DNA of 64,000 nucleotides, taken from positions 1 through 64,000 of the IMG/VR virus record IMGVR_UViG_2740892351_000003, one strand, 5' to 3'. The stretch is from an uncultured virus (IMG/VR IMGVR_UViG_2740892351_000003). Lineage: Duplodnaviria > Heunggongvirae > Uroviricota > Caudoviricetes. The notes below the pieces were generated by a model that saw only the letters and a list, made by a program, of their open reading frames with translations, searched no databases and was not told the DNA's origin. The position numbers and the translations under genes are program-made. Of this stretch, positions 31,501 through 41,716 are shown one piece after another; the first letter of the stretch is position 1; every line of letters starts with the position of its first letter.

Positions 31501-31896
31501 GAAATAAAAATGACGGTCACTATTATCTTTTAAAATTCCTTTAGATGTAGCTTTTGACGTTAGAGAATTTAACTCTCTAACACCTTTTAAATTTTTTGCA
31601 TATAAGCCAATATGCCAACCTCTATTATTATCTTCTAAATTTATGCATGTATATAGTTCTACACCATGAATATACTTTATTTCTGCGTTATCACACGCCT
31701 GTTTCTTTTTTACCCAGTCATAAATACCACCATGATTACTAAATGCTATTGCTTTCATGTTATTTTCTTTTGCTAATGATATATATTCATCATATTTGCT
31801 ACATGAGTCAGCAAAACCATTACAATTAGAAGTATCATCATGTAAGTGGTATACAACATAATTATTTGTTAATATTTCTTTTTGTATTTTATTCAT
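28564..31896 (-). CDS. dnaE: DNA polymerase III alpha subunit (DnaE-type)
   Basis: PHP (HLHD, HGVE, TDTH), RGSVGGS, DIDLDF, KFDILGL, FQFE, FGYNHS. Confidence 0.95.
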   Translation of the reverse strand: MNKIQKEILTNNYVVYHLHDDTSNCNGFADSCSKYDEYISLAKENNMKAIAFSNHGGIYDWVKKKQACDNAEIKYIHGVELYTCINLEDNNRGWHIGLYAKNLKGVRELNSLTSKATSKGILKDNSDRHFYFNPRISFDELMNTSDNIIITSACLASPLWKLGDTNIIDIEGIEKYNYNIKKRQELLEWMSKNNHRCFLEIQYHNCDSQKEYNKMLYEWSILYGIPLIAGTDTHSSSEYKAECRKVLQKSKNSFYGEEDEFDLTWKNYDDLVDEFKKQNILPIDIILEAINNTNKLAAMVEDFTLDKTFKYPDLYGENANQTWKDYIDEKLLKLINVNAIEKEKIDIYKLRVQEEYEIMCNQGMASFMLFVAELVNWCKDNDIHVSPCRGSVGGSLIAYITGITDVDAIRWKTAFSRFCNADRISLGDIDLDFSPSDRQKVYEYIINRFGKDKVSYILTFQTIKDRGSIDVLAKGLNYDNLNLVKNIKDTFDNIFKEYSKIIIEEINIEELEGKESKSPDFIDHELYLHTIRNNKKKQRLIKLKEMWDELREHNKDLFYYFDGIRGVITSKGTHPAGMIGSPITLYDNLGVFYKDGNENSPVSFCTMKAVDSLNYVKFDILGLKTIGIIQDTYRLINKEWKYAHEINWNDKNVWEDINRINVGIFQFEGDYAFDLLSTYKAKCVNDMSLVNASLRPSGKSYRERLINREFNKNPSEEIDELLKDNNGFLVFQEDTIKFLTDICDFDGSLADTTRRAIGKKDDVELEKQLPKILNGYCKHSNKPKEIAEKEAKEFIQIISDSSEYQFGYNHSTGYSMNGYICGMLRYYYPLEFTTSYLNWADNEEDLNNGIKLAKEYGIEVKNCKFRYSRAEYFMDKKTNTIYKGISSIKYLNTEVAEYLYSLRNNEYNTFTKLLIDLNKNINSRQLEILIKLNFFEEFGKTSKLLNIVQVFSAFYEKKQLKKTNIYAKYIEKFSNRKTEKMFMDVNILALCEYMEDVFENKDIPIEELIKAHYENVGSCNIIKSDENPRHCIAVDINTKYSPKITFYNIRSGRIKECKIKKKTFKNNPIKLFDKVYLNKTRTESKKRFINDDYVDVEGIDIWVSSYWIIE

Positions 31897-33589
31897 TTAC
31901 AACACTACTTTCAACATCTATTATATCTATATAAGAATATCCATTTTCATTGTTTTTAATAGAAAATAATATATTCATTATTAAATCCTTAGATTTAAGA
32001 TTATTATTATCTTCGTTAATCATTTTGTTAAAAAATTTTTTACTACAAAAATCTTTTTTAAATAAAATTTTATCTTTCATAAAACTATAACTAGCATTCC
32101 CATATTTTTTTATATCCATTGTATTTATTCTTAAATCTTTAATTATAAATTTAGGTCTTTCAATTGTCCCACACCAAATATCTTCTAATTCTCCTATACA
32201 TATTAAATCATTTATGTTTATATTGCTGTCAAATACAAAATCTACTTCTACATTACTTGTTATTGTTATATTTTTAAATTTATCATTTGTATATTTTATA
32301 AACTTATTTATATTTTTTTTGGGAAACTCATATCTAAAACTAGATTCATGTCCTTTACACCAATTAAATAATTTGCTGTCTACACAAATAGATTTAAAAT
32401 TATCTATATAATTAGGGCATCTTACTGAACCTGTATAATTATTTTTATTGTCAGATTCTCTTATCATAAGTATTGGCTTGTTGAATACATTCATAAATTT
32501 ATTTGCTACCAATCCTGTTACTTTTGCATCTATACTATTTGAATCAATTAATATAACCTTATCATTCTCCACTGAAAATAGTTTTACATTTCCCTTTATT
32601 GCTTTATCAGTTATATCTTTTTGCTTTCTTTTATAGTTTTTACCTATCCTTATAATAGCATCTTGTAATTTCTGTTTTTTAATTTCTCCTTTTGATTTAT
32701 ATGTAATTGTTTTTTCTTCACCTATAAAAGCTCTAAACAACAATTCTTTATCTTCTATTGTTCCATTTCTAATTATTGCATTTATTATGGGCGAAATACC
32801 CCAAACAACATTGTCTATCTTTAAATAATTTTTTATTTTTAAATCATGAACAAATGATAATATTAAGGGATTAGTTATATGGTTTACTTGCTTACCTATA
32901 TTGAATATATATCTGTTTTCTAGTGACCTCATATCCATAGAATCACTTATATTTGCAACATTAGCCAAATCAATATATTTATATCCTATATCTAAATTTA
33001 CTTTATCTACTATGTATCTTATGAATTTATATGTAACCATCGCTCCACTACCATCTATATTTTCTACTTCTCCATCTTTATTATTAATTATTATGCTTGT
33101 ATCTGGCACTTTAGTTAAATCATACATATGATGGTCTAATGCAATGAAATCTATTCCATTCCTATTCAATTCTATTTGTTCTTTAAAATTTTCTGATGAG
33201 CTATCTGGAGTAATCAATAGTTTTGTGTTGTCTTCAATTACTTTATCCATAATCTCTTTTGTTAGTCCATGAACTTTTGCCTTTTCAGTATGTTGTATAT
33301 AATACACATTGTCATATTGTAAGTCAAATTTAATAAACATATATATTATTGAAGAACTACAATAACCATCAACATCTGTATCCACTAATATACCTATTTT
33401 ATTATTATTTCTAATATTTTTTAATAAACAATTGTAGGCTCTATCAATATTGGTGTAATTATTATAATCTTCCCAATTTAAAATATCTGCATTTAAAAGC
33501 CAATTTATTTTTTGATTATCAAGACCTCTATTTTTTAAAACAGTATTTAATACTGTATCTTCTATATGATTTTTTAGTTCCCATTCCAA
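31889..33589 (-). CDS. recJ: RecJ-like DHH exonuclease
   Basis: DTDVDG, TPD, LDHH, SD.MD, GSVR, GH. Confidence 0.88.
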   Translation of the reverse strand: MEWELKNHIEDTVLNTVLKNRGLDNQKINWLLNADILNWEDYNNYTNIDRAYNCLLKNIRNNNKIGILVDTDVDGYCSSSIIYMFIKFDLQYDNVYYIQHTEKAKVHGLTKEIMDKVIEDNTKLLITPDSSSENFKEQIELNRNGIDFIALDHHMYDLTKVPDTSIIINNKDGEVENIDGSGAMVTYKFIRYIVDKVNLDIGYKYIDLANVANISDSMDMRSLENRYIFNIGKQVNHITNPLILSFVHDLKIKNYLKIDNVVWGISPIINAIIRNGTIEDKELLFRAFIGEEKTITYKSKGEIKKQKLQDAIIRIGKNYKRKQKDITDKAIKGNVKLFSVENDKVILIDSNSIDAKVTGLVANKFMNVFNKPILMIRESDNKNNYTGSVRCPNYIDNFKSICVDSKLFNWCKGHESSFRYEFPKKNINKFIKYTNDKFKNITITSNVEVDFVFDSNININDLICIGELEDIWCGTIERPKFIIKDLRINTMDIKKYGNASYSFMKDKILFKKDFCSKKFFNKMINEDNNNLKSKDLIMNILFSIKNNENGYSYIDIIDVESSVVNE

Positions 33590-34651
33590 TCAATCACCTA
33601 CTTTAATTTTATTTTTTAACAATTTTTCAAAAACATCTTTCCCTTTATCTATTGGAGAGTCTTTGTAAGACAATAAATTCTCTACATCCCATAACACATA
33701 TACATCTACTAACCCAGATAGATTTTTAGTCATTTTTTTTATTTTATTCCACCATTTAGTACAATCATCATCTTCTAGTTCTTGAAATTGTCTATCATAT
33801 GCTATTATGATTTCTGTTACTCCTAAATCCAAAATCATTTTTTTCTGATAATTAGAAAATGAACTTCCACAGGTCGCAACTGCTATATTATTTTTAGGAT
33901 ATATGGTCTCAAACTTTAATACTGATTTTTCACCTTCAAATATAAAAACTTTTTTCTTATGTCTTATATTTTCTTTGTTTTTATTTAATCCATACAAATT
34001 CTTTCCTAATGGATGGTTATATCCTTTATCATCTAACCATAATGGATAATATTTTCCATATCTTTTCGTTAGATATTTATTAAATGCTCTTACTCTTATG
34101 CCTACAACTTCATTATTAATATTCATATGTGGAATTACAACCCTATTGTTCTCTATATCATACCTTACATCAAAATTTTTTATAGCTTCAAATGATATTC
34201 CTTCCTCTTCCCATTGCTTAATGCGTTTTTGTGGGTACGTCCTGTGTAAAAAAGGCTTATCTATACGATTTAATATTTCAACTTCTATATCTAATATGGA
34301 TTTGCTTTTAGTTAGATTAAGTGTACCAAAACCTATTTTTGGTTCATAACAATATGTGCATTTCACTATATCTGTGATGAATTTAATGGAACTTTTAAAA
34401 TCTATATTTTTAGATGCCATAACCAAATCAAATAAAGACATATTTCCACAGTTAGTAAAACAAGTAAACAACTTTGAATCTTTATGATAATATAATTTAT
34501 AGCTACACTCATCATTTGGATTATTGTGACATATTGTTTTAAATATTAATTCTTTGTCATTACTTCTTTCAGATAAATCACTTCCAAGTTCACTAAGTAT
34601 TTTTATTATATCTTCTTCAGTTATGCTTTTTAAAAGCTCTTTCGCATCTAT
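33590..34651 (-). CDS. dnaG: DNA primase (CHC2 Zn finger plus TOPRIM); extended to an ATA start
   Basis: Frame open to 34651; GGAGG 9 nt upstream; ICHN..CFTNC, FEGEKS, AYD. Confidence 0.82.
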   Translation of the reverse strand: MDAKELLKSITEEDIIKILSELGSDLSERSNDKELIFKTICHNNPNDECSYKLYYHKDSKLFTCFTNCGNMSLFDLVMASKNIDFKSSIKFITDIVKCTYCYEPKIGFGTLNLTKSKSILDIEVEILNRIDKPFLHRTYPQKRIKQWEEEGISFEAIKNFDVRYDIENNRVVIPHMNINNEVVGIRVRAFNKYLTKRYGKYYPLWLDDKGYNHPLGKNLYGLNKNKENIRHKKKVFIFEGEKSVLKFETIYPKNNIAVATCGSSFSNYQKKMILDLGVTEIIIAYDRQFQELEDDDCTKWWNKIKKMTKNLSGLVDVYVLWDVENLLSYKDSPIDKGKDVFEKLLKNKIKVGD

Positions 34652-34664
34652 ATATAATCACCTC

Positions 34665-36266
34665 CTAATAGGTTAATTGCCCAACAAATACGTTATCACA
34701 ATATGCTTTTTCTATAAATCTTCCTGACCTTCCATCCATTTCATACAATAATATTTTATTATCGTCATCACCAGACCTAGTTTTATTTACAAATAATAAA
34801 ATGTGTTTTTTTCTAATATCTATACAATTTTTGTCAAACTCTCTTTCTTTTCCTTCTTTTGTGGAACTATCTATAATCTCTAAATATGACTTTTGAAGCT
34901 TCCCTTCTAACCTACCTTTTTTCCATCTGTACGGTTTTAAAAAATATCTATCTTTTTCGGGATTTAGTTCATCTGGTATTATTTTTCTCATCAATGTTAT
35001 TGTATGCCCCACCTCTTTAATTTGTTTTGCATTTGATATACAAGCAGCAGTCAAATAACTGACTTTCCCTTCAGTATAAGTTGCTAATTGTATAGGAAAA
35101 ATTATCCTCATCCTCATTTGTTTTCCAAACTTATCAAAATCTCTAGCTGCTTCATTCATTTCACCTGTAGAATTTCCTGATGAGGCATCTTCAGCTTTGA
35201 AAGTATCAAGTATCAAAGTATCATAGCCTTCACTTAAACTTAATTTTTTGGCTATTTTTTTTATTTTTTCAGTGTTAAAATCATACATTGATATAAATTT
35301 AAGTTTTCCTGGTATTGAATATTTCTCTTCAATAAACTTATTTGCTAAGTAGAAAGTTTTTTCTTCTTCAATTGTAAAATCAAAATTTTTAACTTTTCTC
35401 CTAGTCATTGTATGACAATTAAATATAGCATTTGATATATATGTTATTAATATCTGTTTGTAGTATTCACTTTGTTGTTCGTTACTTATTATCAAGACTT
35501 TACAATCAGATTCTACTAGCCCCATAGCCATATTTAAAGTAAAAGTTGTTTTTCCAGTGCCACTATGACCTGCTATAAAATATATACCATTTGAGTGCCC
35601 TACTCCATCTATTATGTTACTCAACATAGGCATACCCTGAACATATCTTTCTTCTCCAGTATCAGTTTGCCATCTTAAAGCTATTGAAAAACTAGCTGAG
35701 TTATCATCTTCATTATTTTTCTTTTTTAATATTTCTTCTGAAGTATAATGCAAGTCTTCTATAACAACATCATTTCCAACTAAATTAATACTACTATCTG
35801 CTAATAACATTTCATAAAAATCATGAACTTGAGATGCAGTCATAGAAGGAAATAAGTCTATTGGTTTTACTTTTACACCTTCCACTTCAATTTCCTTATC
35901 TATATTAAAGCCTTTACTTTCTAGCCTTATTATAAGATTAGATTTTTCTAAATCATCTATATATTTTTTTTGATTGTGTATATTTCCTAAATCTCTAACT
36001 TTTTGTATGCTTTCCCAACCACCATATTTTTCATATAATTCATTTAATGAAGGAGACATTCCTACAAATGCTGATACCGTCACTTCATCTATCTCTTTAT
36101 ATTTTGTACTTAATTCTCTTATGAGATTGTAAAAAAATTTAGTTTTCGGAAAAGTAAAGTCATTTTCAGATAGAGGATAGTCAGCAATTATACTTATATC
36201 TTGCAACAGAACCGATATCACAAGGCTTTCAATATTCCCTCTATTTTCTAATACCATTTTCTCCAA
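34665..36266 (-). CDS. DnaB-like replicative helicase
   Basis: Walker A GHSGTGKT, SNEQ, LILD, QL, NKTRSG. Confidence 0.85.
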   Translation of the reverse strand: MEKMVLENRGNIESLVISVLLQDISIIADYPLSENDFTFPKTKFFYNLIRELSTKYKEIDEVTVSAFVGMSPSLNELYEKYGGWESIQKVRDLGNIHNQKKYIDDLEKSNLIIRLESKGFNIDKEIEVEGVKVKPIDLFPSMTASQVHDFYEMLLADSSINLVGNDVVIEDLHYTSEEILKKKNNEDDNSASFSIALRWQTDTGEERYVQGMPMLSNIIDGVGHSNGIYFIAGHSGTGKTTFTLNMAMGLVESDCKVLIISNEQQSEYYKQILITYISNAIFNCHTMTRRKVKNFDFTIEEEKTFYLANKFIEEKYSIPGKLKFISMYDFNTEKIKKIAKKLSLSEGYDTLILDTFKAEDASSGNSTGEMNEAARDFDKFGKQMRMRIIFPIQLATYTEGKVSYLTAACISNAKQIKEVGHTITLMRKIIPDELNPEKDRYFLKPYRWKKGRLEGKLQKSYLEIIDSSTKEGKEREFDKNCIDIRKKHILLFVNKTRSGDDDNKILLYEMDGRSGRFIEKAYCDNVFVGQLTY

Positions 36267-36798
36267 CCTCCTTTATTAAATCCTTTAAGGTTGTTGTTCT
36301 TTTTTTTCTCGCTACTGGAATTTTCATTGTTTCTTCAGGTATGTCTACTAAATCCATCTCAGTTTCTTTTTTCTCTTTTCTTTGTATATTTTTCTTTACA
36401 ATTGTAACATCTCTTATGTTATTTTTTAATATTGTAAATATATAGCATAGTTTTTGATATTCATTTTCTATATCTTTTCTAAACTCTAAAGCGTCAATTA
36501 TTTGATTTTTCATTTCTAAAATACAATTATAAACATCTTCTCTTGTATAACCGTTATCTAACATCTCTTTTATCATTTTAGTCTTATTTTTTGCGATACA
36601 TTTGTAACCAATAATACTATCTATTCCTAATAAAATTTGATTCCATAGCCATTTCTCTCTTTCTTCTAATCTATAGTGTAATTCACAACAATAATTTCGT
36701 TTTTCTTCTCTACCCGTTTTAGTAATATGAATCACTGAGTATATATCTTCAGCTAGAAATTTTTCTTTACAGTATCTACAAGTTATTTTTCTTCCCAA
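36241..36798 (-). CDS. Zn-binding replication-associated hypothetical protein
   Basis: CRYC..YCC; overlaps the helicase start. Confidence 0.5.
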   Translation of the reverse strand: MGRKITCRYCKEKFLAEDIYSVIHITKTGREEKRNYCCELHYRLEEREKWLWNQILLGIDSIIGYKCIAKNKTKMIKEMLDNGYTREDVYNCILEMKNQIIDALEFRKDIENEYQKLCYIFTILKNNIRDVTIVKKNIQRKEKKETEMDLVDIPEETMKIPVARKKRTTTLKDLIKEVGENGIRK

Positions 36799-36864
36799 TA
36801 ATTCTCCTCCTTCTTATTGTTGATGTTTAAAAGTCGCCCTAATTGAGCGACCTTTTAAATTATT

Positions 36865-37440
36865 CTATATTCTTCCAGAACGCTTAGGTTGGGTACTTTG
36901 AATATTTTGAGATGTATTTTTTTTATTAGGAGGTTCAACTTGAGAATTGCCATCATCATCCTCGCAAAATGATAATTGAAGTAAGCCACCTAGTGCATAA
37001 CGCTTACTATATGTTTCTGTTGCTCCATATCCTTGAATATCTAATTTACTCGGTTTTATAGGTACACTATCGGACTCCATAAACTGACCACTAGAATGCC
37101 ATAATACAGTTTTAATTGATACTGAATTGTTTCCACCAGAAATGGGAAATTGAGTTATACATAAATCAAATTTTGCTAATATTGGTCTTATTGTTATTAG
37201 AATATCATCTAAATTTGCATATTTGCTATTATAAAATGGATTATTAGAACTCTTTTCAATACTTTCTACCTCTTTTTGAAAATCAACTAAACTTACTAAT
37301 AAATCTTTTATATTTTCACTTCTGCGAAATGGTATTAATGAATCTTTATTCTCATTTTCTTTTAAATCTCCAACCATTTTTCTTATTACATCTTTTAATT
37401 GTTTTACTTCACTCTCTATGTTAGCTATTTGTTCTTCCAT
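36865..37440 (-). CDS. erf: ERF-family single-strand annealing protein
   Basis: NPFYNSKYANLDDI, GATETYSKRYAL, EDDDGN. Confidence 0.9.
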   Translation of the reverse strand: MEEQIANIESEVKQLKDVIRKMVGDLKENENKDSLIPFRRSENIKDLLVSLVDFQKEVESIEKSSNNPFYNSKYANLDDILITIRPILAKFDLCITQFPISGGNNSVSIKTVLWHSSGQFMESDSVPIKPSKLDIQGYGATETYSKRYALGGLLQLSFCEDDDGNSQVEPPNKKNTSQNIQSTQPKRSGRI

Positions 37441-37480
37441 AAAACTCTCCTTTAAATTTTATTTAGTTTATAAATATTAA

Positions 37481-38326
37481 TTAAAATGGTAAATCTGATT
37501 CTTCAATATTTATGTTATTCTTTTGTGCATCTTTTTCTTTCATGGCATTTTCTTTTTCTTCCATTTTATCTATCATGGCTACTATATTATCCTTATAGAA
37601 TGGATTAGGCTTCCCATCTTCACCAAAATCATTGTCTTTTGATATCTTATTTCCTGAACCTCCAGTTATTCTAAGATATTTTATTATTTTATCTTTTTTC
37701 CCTGTACCAAATCCACCAGTTCCTTCTATTATCTCAGTTACTATATCTCCTTCTAATTGTGGTACATCTCCCACTTTATATAGCTTTTCAAATTCTTTTA
37801 TTACTTCTGTATTATCAATTACAAGTCTAACTCTAAATCCATTATCATTGTATTTATTCATTATTCCTATTACTTCTAATCCTTCTTCTATTTTTATTAT
37901 TTCCTCCAAGTATACATATGCCCTCCATAATATACCTGCCTTTATAGGTAGTTTTGCATCTTTTTGTCTGTTACAAAATTTACCTTGTATTCTAAATCCT
38001 TCATGTTTTTCTCCATCACTATAATATGTATTATCATCTAACTGACAAGTACATCTAACTATTTCTCCTCTACCCTCTTCTGCTCTAGTTACAATATCAT
38101 TCACAACTGTTTCTAATCCCTGTGATATCTTATTAACTCCTCCAGCAGATGTGTATATGCTTCCATAATAATCAACTATTTCATTCTTATCTTGTGATAT
38201 AGCAACATTAAGTTTAAACTTTATTGCTTCTTGTGGAGTTCCTTCTTTTACTCTTTCTGCTGCTAATATATCTAACACTTCCCCACTAACAAAAACCTCA
38301 TTGTAATTTACATTTTTTTTCGCCAT
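37481..38326 (-). CDS. ssb: Single-stranded DNA-binding protein
   Basis: NEVFVSG OB-fold start; acidic tail EESDLPF. Confidence 0.7.
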   Translation of the reverse strand: MAKKNVNYNEVFVSGEVLDILAAERVKEGTPQEAIKFKLNVAISQDKNEIVDYYGSIYTSAGGVNKISQGLETVVNDIVTRAEEGRGEIVRCTCQLDDNTYYSDGEKHEGFRIQGKFCNRQKDAKLPIKAGILWRAYVYLEEIIKIEEGLEVIGIMNKYNDNGFRVRLVIDNTEVIKEFEKLYKVGDVPQLEGDIVTEIIEGTGGFGTGKKDKIIKYLRITGGSGNKISKDNDFGEDGKPNPFYKDNIVAMIDKMEEKENAMKEKDAQKNNINIEESDLPF

Positions 38327-38638
38327 AAATATCCTCCTCTTTTATTTTGTATTTTATTCAGTTGTAATCATTCTTAATTTTTCTATATACTTATAATAAC
38401 ATGTTCTATTTATTATTTCAATACTTATTTTTAATTTTATTTATTTTAACTAAAAAATCCTCCCCAATACAATAAACCAAAAATTACTAGCTTTGAAATT
38501 GTAGATACTCCAAAACTTATTTTCATTTCTTTTACCTTTCCATTATTAGCTAAAGACACTCCTAATTGCATAACGTATATTATTATTACTAAAATTTGTG
38601 GTATTCCTAATTTCATTTAACCTCTCCTTTTAATATGA

Positions 38639-39304
38639 TTACATCATTAATTCTTTATATTTTGGTAATGTTTTAAAGAAATCACATAAAATCCTCCATT
38701 CTTCCATTTTATGATTTTTTCTCTGATTTATCATAGATTTTATTTGTAGATAATTTAATGTAACTCTTGCAGTTAGCATCAATCCTGATGGACAATTTGA
38801 TATTATAATTTTCCAAAGAGTTTCTTTTGTGGCTTCAACTTTTTCTCCATTTCTAAGAATGATTTCATCAGATGCGGTTAACTTTAATTCCTGAAAATTA
38901 TTGTAATCGTAAATCAATTCACTCAGGAAATTTATTGTATTTTTATCAACATACTTATTACACATATCATCAATATTAAATTTGGTCAATCTGTGCATTT
39001 TACTTTGACTAGATACATAGTCATTATGATGATATCTATCCCACTGTCTCCACATATATTCTGACCATTGCAAATCCATTTGGACAATAATTCCTTTAGA
39101 GAAGCAATCATGGCCTGAACCTTGTTTTGATTTGCCTAATTGACATGCTCGTTGTAAATCTTTTTCTGAAATATTTACTTCTCTCATATCTTTAATCTGT
39201 TGCTGCATAGGATAACCACTCGAAATTATACTTTCTTTAATTCCATAAACACACACATTTGATACATCAATAATTCCTGGTATTTTTATTCCATTTACTT
39301 TCAA
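38639..39304 (-). CDS. ThyX-like phage protein (divergent)
   Basis: GHD, QWDRYH..SSQSKMH, NY..M..QRKNH..EW resemble the ThyX layout, but canonical RHRxxS is absent. Confidence 0.4.
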   Translation of the reverse strand: MKVNGIKIPGIIDVSNVCVYGIKESIISSGYPMQQQIKDMREVNISEKDLQRACQLGKSKQGSGHDCFSKGIIVQMDLQWSEYMWRQWDRYHHNDYVSSQSKMHRLTKFNIDDMCNKYVDKNTINFLSELIYDYNNFQELKLTASDEIILRNGEKVEATKETLWKIIISNCPSGLMLTARVTLNYLQIKSMINQRKNHKMEEWRILCDFFKTLPKYKELMM

Positions 39305-39315
39305 TTTATCAACTC

Positions 39316-39888
39316 CTAACCTTCCACAATAATATAACCTTCTTTATAATGTCTTCCCATATTGTTCACCCTTTTATAATACTTATAATCACTCTCCCCT
39401 TTTATTCTTGGCACAAATACATCTATAGCATTAGAATTACCAAAATATTTATTAGAACCTCTATCTTTAACCACCTTTAAATTTCCATCAACTAATATTT
39501 TAGTTCCAAATTTAAGATGATTATTGGCCACAAACCCATATTGTAATTTTTCTCCTGTAGCTGTAATAGCTCCATATTTACTATTTTCACAGTTTAAAGA
39601 AGTATAGTAACTTACTTCCCATGTTACAGGAATCAATTTTTCTATTTTTATTCCTAACCCCTTTTCTAAATTAATTCTCTTGATTTCTAATTTATATTCA
39701 GAACTGTTTTTGTGTTGCTCCCACTCATATTTATACATTAAGTTAATATTTTTAGCTGTATCTGCTACAATATTTTTATCCATCCTGCTAGTACTCATTT
39801 CTTTAGTATTAGCAAATATATGTATGCTACTACCCATTACTAAAACACTTGTTACTAATATATTTCTCCACCTCATAAAGACCTCCAA
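39316..39888 (-). CDS. Secreted 3D-domain protein (putative peptidoglycan hydrolase)
   Basis: Signal peptide; ITATG, FGTKI, VKDRG, IDVFV. Confidence 0.75.
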   Translation of the reverse strand: MEVFMRWRNILVTSVLVMGSSIHIFANTKEMSTSRMDKNIVADTAKNINLMYKYEWEQHKNSSEYKLEIKRINLEKGLGIKIEKLIPVTWEVSYYTSLNCENSKYGAITATGEKLQYGFVANNHLKFGTKILVDGNLKVVKDRGSNKYFGNSNAIDVFVPRIKGESDYKYYKRVNNMGRHYKEGYIIVEG

Positions 39889-39919
39889 TCATATTAAAAT
39901 GATAATTTTAAATACTTAT

Positions 39920-40075
39920 TTATTCTTCAAGAGCATCATCTAACTCTTCGTCTGTTGGCTTTCTCCCTTCTCCATTCCATTCAAAAGCATCTTCTAAATA
40001 TGCATTTGGATTATAACAACAATAATCGCAATCTCTATTTTTATTCTCACATCTTTCTTTAAATTTACAACTCAT
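39920..40075 (-). CDS. Small Cys-rich protein (51 aa, not in ORF track)
   Basis: GGAGG RBS; MSCKFKERCENKNRDCDYCC... Confidence 0.6.
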   Translation of the reverse strand: MSCKFKERCENKNRDCDYCCYNPNAYLEDAFEWNGEGRKPTDEELDDALEE

Positions 40076-40084
40076 TCTAACCTC

Positions 40085-40528
40085 CTAAATTTCTTTATTA
40101 TTTATTTTATCTAATACTAAATTCACCTGTTTATTTGCTTTTTTAACTTCAATTCTTGCCAGACATAACTCAACACCTTTATTTAATTCAAACTCATCTG
40201 AATCATGGCAAGTAGCTGATGCTTTAAAATCTCCCATTCTAACTTCTACTTTCTTTCCATTTGTTCTATATGTGCAAGTTTTATTTGTTCCAAATACAGT
40301 CGCAGTTCTCCATTCGCTCCAAATATGTTCTTTTTTCTTAGTCTCTATTGCAACTTCAAAATATTTTTTTAATTCACTATAATTCATGAATCCCATCCCA
40401 TAATTTGTTTTGAAATGTATAGCTCCATTGTTTCCCACAGATGTAATAACAAATATATCTCCTATTTTTAACATCTCAAAACCTTGTATTTCTTTCATTA
40501 ATCTTATTTTAGTTCCTTCTATTAACAT
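40085..40528 (-). CDS. Hypothetical phage protein
   Basis: ORF track; overlaps the PcfJ gene. Confidence 0.6.
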   Translation of the reverse strand: MLIEGTKIRLMKEIQGFEMLKIGDIFVITSVGNNGAIHFKTNYGMGFMNYSELKKYFEVAIETKKKEHIWSEWRTATVFGTNKTCTYRTNGKKVEVRMGDFKASATCHDSDEFELNKGVELCLARIEVKKANKQVNLVLDKINNKEI

Positions 40529-41643
40529 ATTTTCTTCATCCTTTCTATTCTATTATTATATTTATCAATTGCTTCTTGCTCTCTTTCATTGACATCTCTA
40601 TTATATTTACCTTTAGCTTGGACTATTTTGCCATTTCTAACTTCAATTGTTACTAAACTTTTACTTTGATTATCCTTTTTTCTCATAAATAATATATGAC
40701 ATTTTCCATCTATAACATTTTGAATATAACTACTTACACAATTATTTTGTTGTACTGCTTCATCTTTAATTTCATTTGTATTTTTAGGGTATATAAATTT
40801 ATAATCTTGATATGAATATTCTAGTGACTTGTCTATTCTTTTATTAAATACTTCTTCTTCAAATTGAGTTTTAAGACGATTATAATTTCGAGATGCTATT
40901 TTATGAGTTGTTAAGAAATGTCTTGGATATTTTTCATATTTATCACTTATTACACTCATCATAACAACATAGTCATATAATTCGTTTAGAGTGCTTTCAA
41001 GCCCATTTAATGCTTCATATGTCATCAGATTATCTATATAATTTATAAGTGATTGAGGTTTATATTTATATATGTTTATTAATCTATCAAATATTATTCT
41101 ATCATAACCAGAATCAAGAATTGAAATTAAATTAGTTTTTCTTATTGAATTCAATTCTAAACTTAATAAATTATTATATAAATTTGGGTTTTTACTATAC
41201 CCTTGTATCAATCGGTCACTCAAAGTAATACTATGATTCCTACAGATAGAAATAAGACCTTTAGGTATACTCTTAATATCACAATGTATCGGATAAATTA
41301 TTTTTTTTAATCCTGCTGAGAATAATTGTTCATACTCAGAATAATTATTTATTTCATTTAAAAAACTTCCTATATTTCTTATTCTTTCAACTCTCCTTCC
41401 CCAAGTTCTGCTACTCTTACTTCTATTTACTCTTCCGTCTACAAAATTTAAAAAACACTTATAATTTTCATCTTCAAAAGAATTTATTACCTCATGTAAA
41501 TCATATCCTCTAAGCTGAGTGCATACATCTTTTACAATCCTTCCAGATTTACCAATACATTCTCCTGTTGCTAAATTATATTTTACATTCTTCCCATCTT
41601 CAAATTCAAATACTAAAAACTGTTTTTCTTTATAAGATTTCAA
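40522..41643 (-). CDS. PcfJ-like domain protein
   Basis: YP..F..TH, EA.QQNNCVSSY, ILFMRK, TIEV. Confidence 0.8.
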   Translation of the reverse strand: MKSYKEKQFLVFEFEDGKNVKYNLATGECIGKSGRIVKDVCTQLRGYDLHEVINSFEDENYKCFLNFVDGRVNRSKSSRTWGRRVERIRNIGSFLNEINNYSEYEQLFSAGLKKIIYPIHCDIKSIPKGLISICRNHSITLSDRLIQGYSKNPNLYNNLLSLELNSIRKTNLISILDSGYDRIIFDRLINIYKYKPQSLINYIDNLMTYEALNGLESTLNELYDYVVMMSVISDKYEKYPRHFLTTHKIASRNYNRLKTQFEEEVFNKRIDKSLEYSYQDYKFIYPKNTNEIKDEAVQQNNCVSSYIQNVIDGKCHILFMRKKDNQSKSLVTIEVRNGKIVQAKGKYNRDVNEREQEAIDKYNNRIERMKKIC

Positions 41644-41716
41644 ATATTAATCACTACCTCCTTTACATCTTGATGACAATTGTATGACATAAGTTATTTT
41701 TCCACCTATTTAATAA

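Noticed and set aside
24517..36266. Inteins or group I introns in nrdJ, dnaE, helicase
   Set aside because: Continuous ORFs of ordinary length with no splice motifs or homing endonuclease
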